The notes beneath the pieces are model-generated. The model ran no database searches, had not been told where the DNA came from, and saw only the letters and a list, made by a program, of their open reading frames with translations. From positions 496,001 through 560,000 of the forward strand of contig OZ218965.1 of assembly GCA_965112735.1 (NCBI GenBank): 64,000 nucleotides of DNA, written 5' to 3'. Position 1 is the first letter of the stretch. Every line of letters starts with the position of its first letter. A program made the translations under genes and the position numbers. This stretch comes from Phaeosaccion multiseriatum (taxonomy: Eukaryota > Protista > Ochrophyta, other classes). Shown here one piece after another: positions 23,788 to 36,947 of the stretch.

Positions 23788-26700
23788 CGCTGCTTCAGCA
23801 GCGAAGCCACGGGAGTTCTGTTCTCGCGGAGTGGAGTCGACGGAGAAACCGCTGCTTCAGCAGCGAAGCCACGGAAGTTCTGTTCTCGCGGAGTGGAGTC
23901 GACGGAGAAACAGGGTATTGAGAGCCGAGGAGGGTAGAGCGTGAGCGCGTGTGTGGACCCCGAGGGAGCTGGTAGGATAGAATATATTTATGGCAGCAGA
24001 TGGAAAACAACGGATTTGGATTTTCCGCTGGAGCTCAGAAGAGGAGGAGCCCTGCTGTACTCGCCACCCTACCGTGATTGAAGGAGATAGAGGGCAGGTG
24101 CGGGAGCGTGTACAAGCAGGGAGGAGAGTAGAGACCGATGGTGTAGGAAAGCAAGGATCGCAGTAGGGCCCGACTGCTTCTCTTGTGAGGGTGAAGATGC
24201 TGTGTGCTTACTTGTGTCATGCTAACAGTTGCAAACACAAGATGTGCCCCCAATGCTAACAGTTGCAAGGGCTTGCGCTACGCACACGCATCTAGTAGAA
24301 GTGAGAGACCCTTAGCCTGGTGTAGTATGGAGCTCTCGCCGGGCAAAAGGTTTTTTCTTTCTTCTCTCGCCGGTGACGGGGCTTCCACGTTAGCTCGTCG
24401 CCCTTTCCTCTCCATTAGTTTCGCGGGGTCCGTCCACCCCAGCCTCTCCGTCTCCTCCCTTCCCCACCCCGCCTGGTTGTGGCGTCGCTGCGACGGTGGC
24501 GGGATCTTTTAGGTTGGGGGGTGAAAGATCCTCCCGCCTTGGTCCTGCTGGTGATGAGAGCCCCGCGTATCGTACTGGACGGAGATGCCGCAGCTGAGAG
24601 CCCCACGTATCGACGATCGTATCGGACGGAGATGCAACAGGGCAGGTGGACTCAGGGGGGGCTTTCAGGGGGGGGTATTGTGTGGGCAGCAGCAGCGCGC
24701 AGTGGTGTCGCTGCAGCCGGAGGGCACGGGCGCACGGACAGTTGGTGTGTAGTATGGGAGTGAGTGCCGTGGTGGCGAAAAGATAGCTGGGAGGTGGCAT
24801 TATTCTCCTCTTCCTCGCCTTTGGAGACGTTTTGCGTGTGGGAGAAGGGCGGCAGCAGAAGTGAGTGAAAAGGGGCTCTCAGCCAAGCAGCAAGAGCCTC
24901 AGGAGCCACGGCGAAGGAGTTCGTGAGTGTGGCAGCGCAGGCCGCATGGATACGGGGCAGGTGTGCGGGCTATGACAAGGAACCGGTGAGCTCTGCTTTG
25001 ATGGTGATTGGCGCCTCGAGGTGGCGTGTGAAGCGGCTGTTCCACCTGTGGCCATAACAGAAGCCCCGTACAACAGGAGGGGCGCAACGAGCAAGGAAGG
25101 CATGGGTCGTTGGCAGACGGCATTGCGAGTACACAGTGGTTTCATCTCGGACGACACAGCAACATCTAGGGTGTTCATCTACGTGTTAAGTGTGGGGAAA
25201 GGGCACTTCGCTGGGGGGTTGCGGCAGAGATTGGGAATCGACCCAGGTCGCGACTTATCTGCAATGGGCGGCGGCGGATTGGCGTTGGGTCGTCCACAAC
25301 AGCTGTGGAGTGAGTGTTGGGGCCTGCCTGTGCCGCAGACGGCCGGATGAGGGGTTTTTGGGTGTGTGGGGCCCTTGAGCGGTGCGAACGAAGAAAATGG
25401 GCGAGAGAAGGCACTAGCTTTTGCTATGCTTGCGCGACTTACTTGGGGTAGTAGGGATGGCATATCCTCGTGCCAGAGTGCCCGGCGGTCGATTCTTTGG
25501 GGCAGCAGGGCTTGAGATCTTGGGCTTGTTCGTTTTGCGGGACGACAGCAGCGAGGTGTTTTGCCCTCGGTGTTTTGTCGACCGGGTCAAGCGGAAGTCC
25601 GCAGCGGACGGTTGGGATAGCAGTGGAGGGGTCTCGGCACGGTGTATGCAGAAGGGCCGCGTCTACGAGTCGATGTTCTAGGAGCTTGGGGCGGAAAACA
25701 TGTGTGCTCCTGTTGGGGCATTTTCGGTTTTTCTACCGGGGTTGGTTCTATGGGTCTTTTGGATCTGTGATTCCGAAATGAATTTCAATTTCGATCAATT
25801 GGCTAAGCGACCTTTGAACTGCGGCGATGGCGAATCTTTTAGATTGGGGGGTGAAAGATCCCTCCGTCTTGGTCCGTCATTGGAGCAGGTGATGAAGAGA
25901 GCGCCGACTATCGTATTCGGAGGACTCCGCGGGGGCTCCCGGTGATGGAGGAGGGAGTAGTCAGCTGTGCCGCGTCTCCCTCACTTTCACTGATGGCTCT
26001 GCGGGTGGGAGCACAGCAGATTGGTAGCGACATAGCACGCATCTCCTCCCACTCACGGCGGATCGATGAGGCTTCAGCATCGGTCCCAAGCGGCGGTGAC
26101 TGGCGGCTCCTCCAGTCTTAGGTGGGCCTGGGTCACGGCATTTCAGTATACGCGTGCAGGAGGCTATGCATGATGGGCTGGGCAGGGCGCGGTAGGATAC
26201 ATGCAGACGCGGCTGCGCCCTGGGGACTTTGGGTGAATGGGGGATGAGCGGCTCCTCGGAACCGCTGCCCCCAAAGGCCCGTGCTCGCCCCGTCAGGGAA
26301 GCGACACCCCGGAGACACTGTGTGCCCCGAGGTGAGTCCCTCTCAGGACTGCACTCTTAATGAAAAGTTTATCCCCCAACAATGGCGACGACTGGATGAG
26401 GAGGAGCGAGGCCTCTCAATGGGTACCCAGTTTTGATTGAGCGCAACGACCGCGAGAACGCTGCTTCAGCAGCGAAGCCACGGAAGTTCTGTTCTCGCGG
26501 AGTGGAGTCGACGGAGAAACAGGGTATTGAGAGCCGAGGAGGGTAGAGCGTGAGCGCGTGTGTGGACCCCGAGGGAGCTGGTAGGATAGAATATATTTAT
26601 GGCAGCAGATGGAAAACAACGGATTTGGATTTTCCGCTGGAGCTCAGAAGAGGAGGAGCCCTGCTGTACTCGCCACCCTACCGTGATTGAAGGAGATAGA

Positions 26701-27985
26701 GGGCAGGTGCGGGAGCGTGTACAAGCAGGGAGGAGAGTAGAGACCGATGGTGTAGGAAAGCAAGGATCGCAGTAGGGCCCGACTGCTTCTCTTGTGAGGG
26801 TGAAGATGCTGTGTGCTTACTTGTGTCATGCTAACAGTTGCAAACACAAGATGTGCCCCCAATGCTAACAGTTGCAAGGGCTTGCGCTACGCACACGCAT
26901 CTAGTAGAAGTGAGAGACCCTTAGCCTGGTGTAGTATGGAGCTCTCGCCGGGCAAAAGGTTTTTTCTTTCTCCACCCACCCACCCATCTAGATTAGTTTA
27001 GTACATAGTAGTTAGATACTCAGTAGTTAAGGGGGGGATGAGCGGCTCCTCGGAACCGCTGCCCCCAAAGGCCCGTGCTCGCCCCGTCAGGGAAGCGACA
27101 CCCCGGAGACACTGTGTGCCCCGAGGTGAGTCCCTCTCAGGACTGCACTCTTAATGAAAAGTTTATCCCCCAACAATGGCGACGACTGGATGAGGAGGAG
27201 CGAGGCCTCTCAATGGGTACCCAGTTTTGATTGAGCGCAACGACCGCGAGAAAGGGTATTGAGAGCCGAGGAGGGTGGAGCGTGAGCGCGTGTGTGGACC
27301 CCGAGGGAGCTGGTAGGATAGAATATATTTATGGCAGCAGATGGAAAACAACGGATTTGGATTTTCCGCTGGAGCTCAGAAGAGGAGGAGCCCTGCTGTA
27401 CTCGCCACCCTACCGTGATTGAAGGAGATAGAGAGCAGGTGCGGGAGCGTGTACAAGCAGGGAGGAGAGTAGAGACCGATGGTGTAGGAAAGCAAGGATC
27501 GCAGTAGGGCCCGACTGCTTCTCTTGTGAGGGTGAAGGTGCTGTGTGCTTACTTGTGTCATGCTAACTGTCGCAAACACAAGAGGTGCCCCCAATGCTAA
27601 CTGTCGCAAGGGCTTGCGCTACGCACACGCATCTAGTAGAAGTGAGAGACCCTTAGCCTGGTGTAGTATGGAGCTCTCGCCGGGCAAAAGGCTTTTTCTT
27701 TCTCCACCCACCCACCCATCTAGATTAGTTTAGTACATAGTAGTTAGATACTCAGTAGTTAAGGGGGGGATGAGCGGTTCCTCTGAACCGCTGCCCCCAA
27801 AGGCCCGTGCTCGCCCCCGTCAGGGAAGCGACACCCCGGAGGCACTGTGTGCCCCGAGGTGAGTCCCTCTCAGGACTGCACTCTTAATGAAAAGTTTATC
27901 CCCCAACAATGGCGACGACTGGATGAGGAAGAGCGAGGCCTCTCAATGGGTACCCAGTTTTGATTGAGCGCAACGACCGCGAGAA
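23788..27985. mobile_element. Third 795-bp short element, split (23788-23849 + 27253-27985) by a nested insertion
   Basis: 62 + 733 = 795 bp. Both halves carry the SNPs of the 19693 and 21740 copies. Confidence 0.88.
23850..27252. mobile_element. 3403-bp non-autonomous element with A1-internal-B1-A2-spacer-B2 architecture
   Basis: A1 23850-24362 equals A2 26459-26971 (513 bp). B1 26239-26458 equals B2 27033-27252 (220 bp). There is no TSD. The internal region holds a degenerate copy of the shared cassette (~24720-25790). Confidence 0.88.
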
Positions 27986-30900
27986 CTCAAAAAAGACCAA
28001 AGCCGGCATTTGCAGGGCACACACAGCCTAGACGAAGCGTTTGCTGGCCACAACATGCCTGCACTGGCCCCTGACTCTGCATAACCAGCCCAATAGAGGT
28101 ACTGCATCGCCACCATGAGGCCAAGTTGGGCATCCGATCGGCCCAAATGGCCCAATCTGGCCCTTGGCAGTGCTCAAAAAGCCCAAAGCCGACATTTGCA
28201 GGGCACACACAGCCTAGACGAAGCGTTTGCTGGCCACAACATGCCTGCACTGGGCCCTGACTCTGCATAACAAGCCCAATAGACGTACTGCATCGCCTCA
28301 ACGAGGCCAAGTTGGGCATCCGATTGGCCCAAATTGCGCAAAGCCGGCATTTGCAGGGCACACACAGCCTAGACGAAGCGTTTGCTGGCCACAACATGCC
28401 TGCACTGGGCCTTGACTCTGCATAACAAGCCCAAAAGACGTACTGCATCGCCACAACGAGGCCCAGTGGGGCATCCGATCGGCCCAAATGGCCCAATCTG
28501 GCCCTTGGCAGTGCTAAAAAATGCCCAAAGCCGACATTTGCGGGGCACACACAGCCTAGACGAAGCGTTTGCTGGCCACAACATGCCTGCACTGGGCCCT
28601 GACTCTATATACTTAGCCCAAAAGACGTACTGCATCGCCACAACGAGGCCAAGTGGGGCATCCGATCGGCCCAAATGGCCCAATCTGGCCCTTGGCAGTG
28701 CCCAAAAAAGCCCAAAGCCGGCATTTGCAGGGCACACACAGCCTAGACGAAGCGTTTGCTGGCCACAACATGCCTGCACTGGGCCCTGACTCTGCATAAC
28801 CAGCCCAATAGAGGTACTGCATCGCCACAATGAGGCCAACTGGGACGTCCGATCGGCCCAAATGGCCCAATCTGGCCCTTGGCAGTGCTCAAAAAGACCA
28901 AAGCCGGCATTTGCAGGGCACACACAGCCTAGACGAAGCGTTTGCTGACCACAACATGCCTGCACTGGGCCCTGACTCTGCATAACCAGCCCAATAGAGG
29001 TACTGCATCGCCACAACGAGGCCAAGTGGGGCATCCGGTCGGCCCAAATTGCGCAAAGCCGGCATTTGCAGGGCACACACAGCCTAGACGAAGCGTTTGC
29101 TGGCCACAACATGCCTGCACTGGGCCCTGACTCTGCATAACAAGCCCGAAAGACGTACTGCATCGCCACAACGAGGCCCAGTGGGGCATCCGATCGGCCC
29201 AAATGGCCCAATCTGGCCCTTGGCAGTGCTCAAAAAAGACCAAAGCCGGCATTTGCAGGGCACACACAGCCTAGACGAAGCGTTTGCTGGCCACAACATG
29301 CCTGCACTGGGCCCTGACTCTGCATAACCAGCCCAATCGAGAGACTGCATCGCCACAACGAGGCCAAGTTGGGCATCCGATCGGCCCAAATGGCCCAATC
29401 TGGCCCTTGGCAGTGCTCAAAAAGACCAAAGCCGGCATTTGCAGGGCACACACAGCCTAGACGAAGCGTTTGCTGGCCACAACATGCCTGCACTGGGCCC
29501 TGACTCTGCATAACCAGCCCAATAGAGGTACTGCATCGCCACAACGAGGCCAAGTGGGGCTTCCGATCGGCCCAAATTGCGCAAAGCCGGCATTTGCAGG
29601 GCACACACAGCCTAGACGAAGCGTTTGCTGGCCACAACATGCCTGCACTGGGCCCTGACTCTGCATAACCAGCCCAATCGAGAGACTGCATCGCCACAAC
29701 GAGGCCAAGTGGGGCATCCGATCGGCCCAAATTGCGCAAAGCCGGCATTTGCAGGGCACACACAGCCTAGACGAAGCGTTTGCTGGCCACAACATGCCTG
29801 CACTGGGCCCTGACTCTGCATAACAAGCTCGAAAGACGTACTGCATCGCCACAACGAGGCCCAGTGGGGCATCCGATCGGCCCAAATGGCCCAATCTGGC
29901 CCTCGGCAGTGCTCAAAAAAGACCAAAGCCGGCATTTGCAGGGCACACACAGCCTAGACGAAGCGTTTGCTGGCCACAACATGCCTGCACTGGGCCCTGA
30001 CTCTGCATAACCAGCCCAATCGAGAGACTGCATCGCCACAACGAGGCCAAGTGGGGCATCCGATCGGCCCAAATTGCGCAAAGCCGGCATTTGCAGGGCA
30101 CACACAGCCTAGACGAAGCGTTTGCTGGCCACAACATGCCTGCACTGGGCCCTGACTCTGCATAACAAGCTCGAAAGACGTACTGCATCGCCACAACGAG
30201 GCCCAGTGGGGCATCCGATCGGCCCAAATGGCCCAATCTGGCCCTCGGCAGTGCTCAAAAAAGACCAAAGCCGGCATTTGCAGGGCACACACAGCCTAGA
30301 CGAAGCGTTTGCTGGCCACAACATGCCTGCACTGGGCCCTGACTCTGCATAACCAGCCCAATCGAGAGACTGCATCGCCACAACGAGGCCAAGTGGGGCA
30401 TCCGATCGGCCCAAATTGCGCAAAGCCGGCATTTGCAGGGCACACACAGCCTAGACGAAGCGTTTGCTGGCCACAACATGCCTGCACTGGGCCCTGACTC
30501 TGCATAACCAGCCCGAAAAACGAGGCCAAGTTGGGCATCCGATCGGCCCAAATGGCCCAATCTGGCCCTTGGCAGTGCTCAAAAAAGCCCAAAGCCGACA
30601 TTTGCAGGGCACACACAGCCTAGACGAAGCGTTTGCTGGCCACAACATGCCTGCACTGGGCCCTGACTCTATATACTTAGCCCAAAAGACGTACTGCATC
30701 GCCACAACGAGGCCAAGTTGGGCATCCGATCGGCCCAAATTGCGCAAAGCCGGCATTTGCAGGGCGCACACAGCCTAGACGAAGCGTTTGCTGGCCACAA
30801 CATGCCTGCACTGGGCCCTGACTCTGCATAACCAGCCCAATAGAGGTACTGCATCGCCACAACGAGGCCAAGTGGGGCATCCGATCGGCCCAAATTGCGC

Positions 30901-33900
30901 AAAGCCGGCATTTGCAGGGCACACACAGCCTAGACGAAGCGTTTGCTGGCCACAACATGCCTGCACTGGGCCCTGACTCTGCATAACCAGCCCAATCGAG
31001 AGACTGCATCGCCACAACGAGGCCAAGTGGGGCATCCGATCGGCCCAAATTGCGCAAAGCCGGCATTTGCAGGGCACACACAGCCTAGACGAAGCGTTTG
31101 CTGGCCACAACATGCCTGCACTGGGCCCTGACTCTGCATAACAAGCCCAATAGACGTACTGCATCGCCTCAACGAGGCCAAGTTGGGCATCCGATTGGCC
31201 CAAATTGCGCAAAGCCGGCATTTGCAGGGCACACACAGCCTAGACGAAGCGTTTGCTGGCCACAACATGCCTGCACTGGGCCCTGACTCTGCATAACAAG
31301 CCCAAAAGACGTACTGCATCGCCACAACGAGGCCCAGTGGGGCATCCGATCGGCCCAAATGGCCCAATCTGGCCCTTGGCAGTGCTAAAAAATGCCCAAA
31401 GCCGACATTTGCGGGGCACACACAGCCTAGACGAAGCGTTTGCTGGCCACAACATGCCTGCACTGGGCCCTGACTCTATATACTTAGCCCAAAAGACGTA
31501 CTGCATCGCCACAACGAGGCCAAGTGGGGCATCCGATCGGCCCAAATGGCCCAATCTGGCCCTTGGCAGTGCCCAAAAAGCCCAAAGCCGGCATTTGCAG
31601 GGCACACACAGCCTAGACGAAGCGTTTGCTGGCCACAACATGCCTGCACTGGGCCCTGACTCTGCATAACCAGCCCAATAGAGGTACTGCATCGCCACAA
31701 TGAGGCCAACTGGGACGTCCGATCGGCCCAAATGGCCCAATCTGGCCCTTGGCAGTGCTCAAAAAAGACCAAAGCCGGCATTTGCAGGGCACACACAGCC
31801 TAGACGAAGCGTTTGCTGACCACAACATGCCTGCACTGGGCCCTGACTCTGCATAACCAGCCCAATAGAGGTACTGCATCGCCACAACGAGGCCAAGTGG
31901 GGCATCCGGTCGGCCCAAATTGCGCAAAGCCGGCATTTGCAGGGCACACACAGCCTAGACGAAGCGTTTGCTGGCCACAACATGCCTGTACTGGGCCCTG
32001 ACTCTGCATAACAAGCCCGAAAGACGTACTGCATCGCCACAACGAGGCCCAGTGGGGCATCCGATCGGCCCAAATGGCCCAATCTGGCCCTTGGCAGTGC
32101 TCAAAAAAGACCAAAGCCGGCATTTGCAGGGCACACACAGCCTAGACGAAGCGTTTGCTGGCCACAACATGCCTGCACTGGGCCCTGACTCTGCATAACC
32201 AGCCCAATCGAGAGACTGCATCGCCACAACGAGGCCAAGTTGGGCATCCGATCGGCCCAAATGGCCCAATCTGGCCCTTGGCAGTGCTCAAAAAAGACCA
32301 AAGCCGGCATTTGCAGGGCACACACAGCCTAGACGAAGCGTTTGCTGGCCACAACATGCCTGCACTGGGCCCTGACTCTGCATAACCAGCCCAATAGAGG
32401 TACTGCATCGCCACAACGAGGCCAAGTGGGGCATCCGATCGGCCCAAATTGCGCAAAGCCGGCATTTGCAGGGCACACACAGCCTAGACGAAGCGTTTGC
32501 TGGCCACAACATGCCTGCACTGGGCCCTGACTCTGCATAACCAGCCCAATAGAGAGACTGCATCGCCACAACGAGGCCAAGTGGGGCATCCGATCGGCCC
32601 AAATTGCGCAAAGCCGGCATTTGCAGGGCACACACAGCCTAGACGAAGCGTTTGCTGGCCACAACATGCCTGCACTGGGCCCTGACTCTGCATAACAAGC
32701 TCGAAAGACGTACTGCATCGCCACAACGAGGCCCAGTGGGGCATCCGATCGGCCCAAATGGCCCAATCTGGCCCTCGGCAGTGCTCAAAAAAGACCAAAG
32801 CCGGCATTTGCAGGGCACACACAGCCTAGACGAAGCGTTTGCTGGCCACAACATGCCTGCACTGGGCCCTGACTCTGCATAACCAGCCCAATCGAGAGAC
32901 TGCATCGCCACAACGAGGCCAAGTGGGGCATCCGATCGGCCCAAATTGCGCAAAGCCGGCATTTGCAGGGCACACACAGCCTAGACGAAGCGTTTGCTGG
33001 CCACAACATGCCTGCACTGGGCCCTGACTCTGCATAACCAGCCCGAAAAACGAGGCCAAGTTGGGCATCCGATCGGCCCAAATGGCCCAATCTGGCCCTT
33101 GGCAGTGCTCAAAAAAGCCCAAAGCCGACATTTGCAGGGCACACACAGCCTAGACGAAGCGTTTGCTGGCCACAACATGCCTGCACTGGGCCCTGACTCT
33201 ATATACTTAGCCCAAAAGACGTACTGCATCGCCACAACGAGGCCAAGTTGGGCATCCGATCGGCCCAAATTGCGCAAAGCCGGCATTTGCAGGGCGCACA
33301 CAGCCTAGACGAAGCGTTTGCTGGCCACAACATGCCTGCACTGGGCCCTGACTCTGCATAACCAGCCCAATAGAGGTACTGCATCGCCACAACGAGGCCA
33401 AGTGGGGCATCCGATCGGCCCAAATTGCGCAAAGCCGGCATTTGCAGGGCACACACAGCCTAGACGAAGCGTTTGCTGGCCACAACATGCCTGCACTGGG
33501 CCCTGACTCTGCATAACCAGCCCAATCGAGAGACTGCATCGCCACAACGAGGCCAAGTGGGGCATCCGATCGGCCCAAATTGCGCAAAGCCGGCATTTGC
33601 AGGGCACACACAGCCTAGACGAAGCGTTTGCTGGCCACAACATGCCTGCACTGGCCCCTGACTCTGCATAACCAGCCCAATAGAGGTACTGCATCGCCAC
33701 CATGAGGCCAAGTTGGGCATCCGATCGGCCCAAATGGCCCAATCTGGCCCTTGGCAGTGCTCAAAAAGCCCAAAGCCGACATTTGCAGGGCACACACAGC
33801 CTAGACGAAGCGTTTGCTGGCCACAACATGCCTGCACTGGGCCCTGACTCTGCATAACAAGCCCAATAGACGTACTGCATCGCCTCAACGAGGCCAAGTT

Positions 33901-36900
33901 GGGCATCCGATTGGCCCAAATTGCGCAAAGCCGGCATTTGCAGGGCACACACAGCCTAGACGAAGCGTTTGCTGGCCACAACATGCCTGCACTGGGCCCT
34001 GACTCTGCATAACAAGCCCAAAAGACGTACTGCATCGCCACAACGAGGCCCAGTGGGGCATCCGATCGGCCCAAATGGCCCAATCTGGCCCTTGGCAGTG
34101 CTAAAAAATGCCCAAAGCCGACATTTGCGGGGCACACACAGCCTAGACGAAGCGTTTGCTGGCCACAACATGCCTGCACTGGGCCCTGACTCTATATACT
34201 TAGCCCAAAAGACGTACTGCATCGCCACAACGAGGCCAAGTGGGGCATCCGATCGGCCCAAATGGCCCAATCTGGCCCTTGGCAGTGCCCAAAAAAGCCC
34301 AAAGCCGGCATTTGCAGGGCACACACAGCCTAGACGAAGCGTTTGCTGGCCACAACATGCCTGCACTGGGCCCTGACTCTGCATAACCAGCCCAATAGAG
34401 GTACTGCATCGCCACAATGAGGCCAACTGGGACGTCCGATCGGCCCAAATGGCCCAATCTGGCCCTTGGCAGTGCTCAAAAAAGACCAAAGCCGGCATTT
34501 GCAGGGCACACACAGCCTAGACGAAGCGTTTGCTGACCACAACATGCCTGCACTGGGCCCTGACTCTGCATAACCAGCCCAATAGAGGTACTGCATCGCC
34601 ACAACGAGGCCAAGTGGGGCATCCGGTCGGCCCAAATTGCGCAAAGCCGGCATTTGCAGGGCACACACAGCCTAGACGAAGCGTTTGCTGGCCACAACAT
34701 GCCTGCACTGGGCCCTGACTCTGCATAACAAGCCCGAAAGACGTACTGCATCGCCACAACGAGGCCCAGTGGGGCATCCGATCGGCCCAAATGGCCCAAT
34801 CTGGCCCTTGGCAGTGCTCAAAAAAGACCAAAGCCGGCATTTGCAGGGCACACACAGCCTAGACGAAGCGTTTGCTGGCCACAACATGCCTGCACTGGGC
34901 CCTGACTCTGCATAACCAGCCCAATCGAGAGACTGCATCGCCACAACGAGGCCAAGTTGGGCATCCGATCGGCCCAAATGGCCCAATCTGGCCCTTGGCA
35001 GTGCTCAAAAAAGACCAAAGCCGGCATTTGCAGGGCACACACAGCCTAGACGAAGCGTTTGCTGGCCACAACATGCCTGCACTGGGCCCTGACTCTGCAT
35101 AACTAGCCCAATAGAGGTACTGCATCGCCACAACGAGGCCAAGTGGGGCATCCGATCGGCCCAAATTGCGCAAAGCCGGCATTTGCAGGGCACACACAGC
35201 CTAGACGAAGCGTTTGCTGGCCACAACATGCCTGCACTGGGCCCTGACTCTGCATAACCAGCCCAATAGAGAGACTGCATCGCCACAACGAGGCCAAGTG
35301 GGGCATCCGATCGGCCCAAATTGCGCAAAGCCGGCATTTGCAGGGCACACACAGCCTAGACGAAGCGTTTGCTGGCCACAACATGCCTGCACTGGGCCCT
35401 GACTCTGCATAACAAGCTCGAAAGACGTACTGCATCGCCACAACGAGGCCCAGTGGGGCATCCGATCGGCCCAAATGGCCCAATCTGGCCCTCGGCAGTG
35501 CTCAAAAAAGACCAAAGCCGGCATTTGCAGGGCACACACAGCCTAGACGAAGCGTTTGCTGGCCACAACATGCCTGCACTGGGCCCTGACTCTGCATAAC
35601 CAGCCCAATAGAGGTACTGCATCGCCACAACGAGGCCAAGTGGGGCATCCGATCGGCCCAAATTGCGCAAAGCCGGCATTTGCAGGGCACACACAGCCTA
35701 GACGAAGCGTTTGCTGGCCACAACATGCCTGCACTGGGCCCTGACTCTGCATAACCAGCCCAATAGAGAGACTGCATCGCCACAACGAGGCCAAGTGGGG
35801 CATCCGATCGGCCCAAATTGCGCAAAGCCGGCATTTGCAGGGCACACACAGCCTAGACGAAGCGTTTGCTGGCCACAACATGCCTGCACTGGGCCCTGAC
35901 TCTGCATAACAAGCTCGAAAGACGTACTGCATCGCCACAACGAGGCCCAGTGGGGCATCCGATCGGCCCAAATGGCCCAATCTGGCCCTCGGCAGTGCTC
36001 AAAAAAGACCAAAGCCGGCATTTGCAGGGCACACACAGCCTAGACGAAGCGTTTGCTGGCCACAACATGCCTGCACTGGGCCCTGACTCTGCATAACCAG
36101 CCCAATCGAGAGACTGCATCGCCACAACGAGGCCAAGTGGGGCATCCGATCGGCCCAAATTGCGCAAAGCCGGCATTTGCAGGGCACACACAGCCTAGAC
36201 GAAGCGTTTGCTGGCCACAACATGCCTGCACTGGGCCCTGACTCTGCATAACCAGCCCGAAAAACGAGGCCAAGTTGGGCATCCGATCGGCCCAAATGGC
36301 CCAATCTGGCCCTTGGCAGTGCTCAAAAAAGCCCAAAGCCGACATTTGCAGGGCACACACAGCCTAGACGAAGCGTTTGCTGGCCACAACATGCCTGCAC
36401 TGGGCCCTGACTCTATATACTTAGCCCAAAAGACGTACTGCATCGCCACAACGAGGCCAAGTTGGGCATCCGATCGGCCCAAATTGCGCAAAGCCGGCAT
36501 TTGCAGGGCGCACACAGCCTAGACGAAGCGTTTGCTGGCCACAACATGCCTGCACTGGGCCCTGACTCTGCATAACAAGCCCAAAATACGTACTGCATCG
36601 CCACAACGAGGCCCAGTGGGGCATCCGATCGGCCCAAATGGCCCAATCTGTGGAGTCTCAAAGGTGTTTGGTATGTTCGAATCCGGATTGTCGCCATTTG
36701 GGGAACACGTGCTTCATATGAACGGCATGTCGCAGGAGGAGGATAGATAGAAAAGTGGGATTGATAAGGAAAGCTAATACACGCTCAACATAGGATAAGA
36801 ATCCCCTTGCTTGTTGGCTGTCTGGGGTGTGTGGTCTGTCCCACATCCCAGGTAGCTCAACTTGGTGGAAGCTGAGGGATTTTCCTTTTGTTGGTGTTGC

Positions 36901-36947
36901 GTGGCTGTAGCAGACAAAGACTAGAACGATGGCGATTGCACAGCAGG

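Noticed and set aside
36649-36697. tRNA gene or SINE suggested by GTTCGAATCC...CGCCA
   Set aside because: There is no cloverleaf, the T-stem does not pair, and the A/B-box spacing is too short. The sequence is the start of an LTR.
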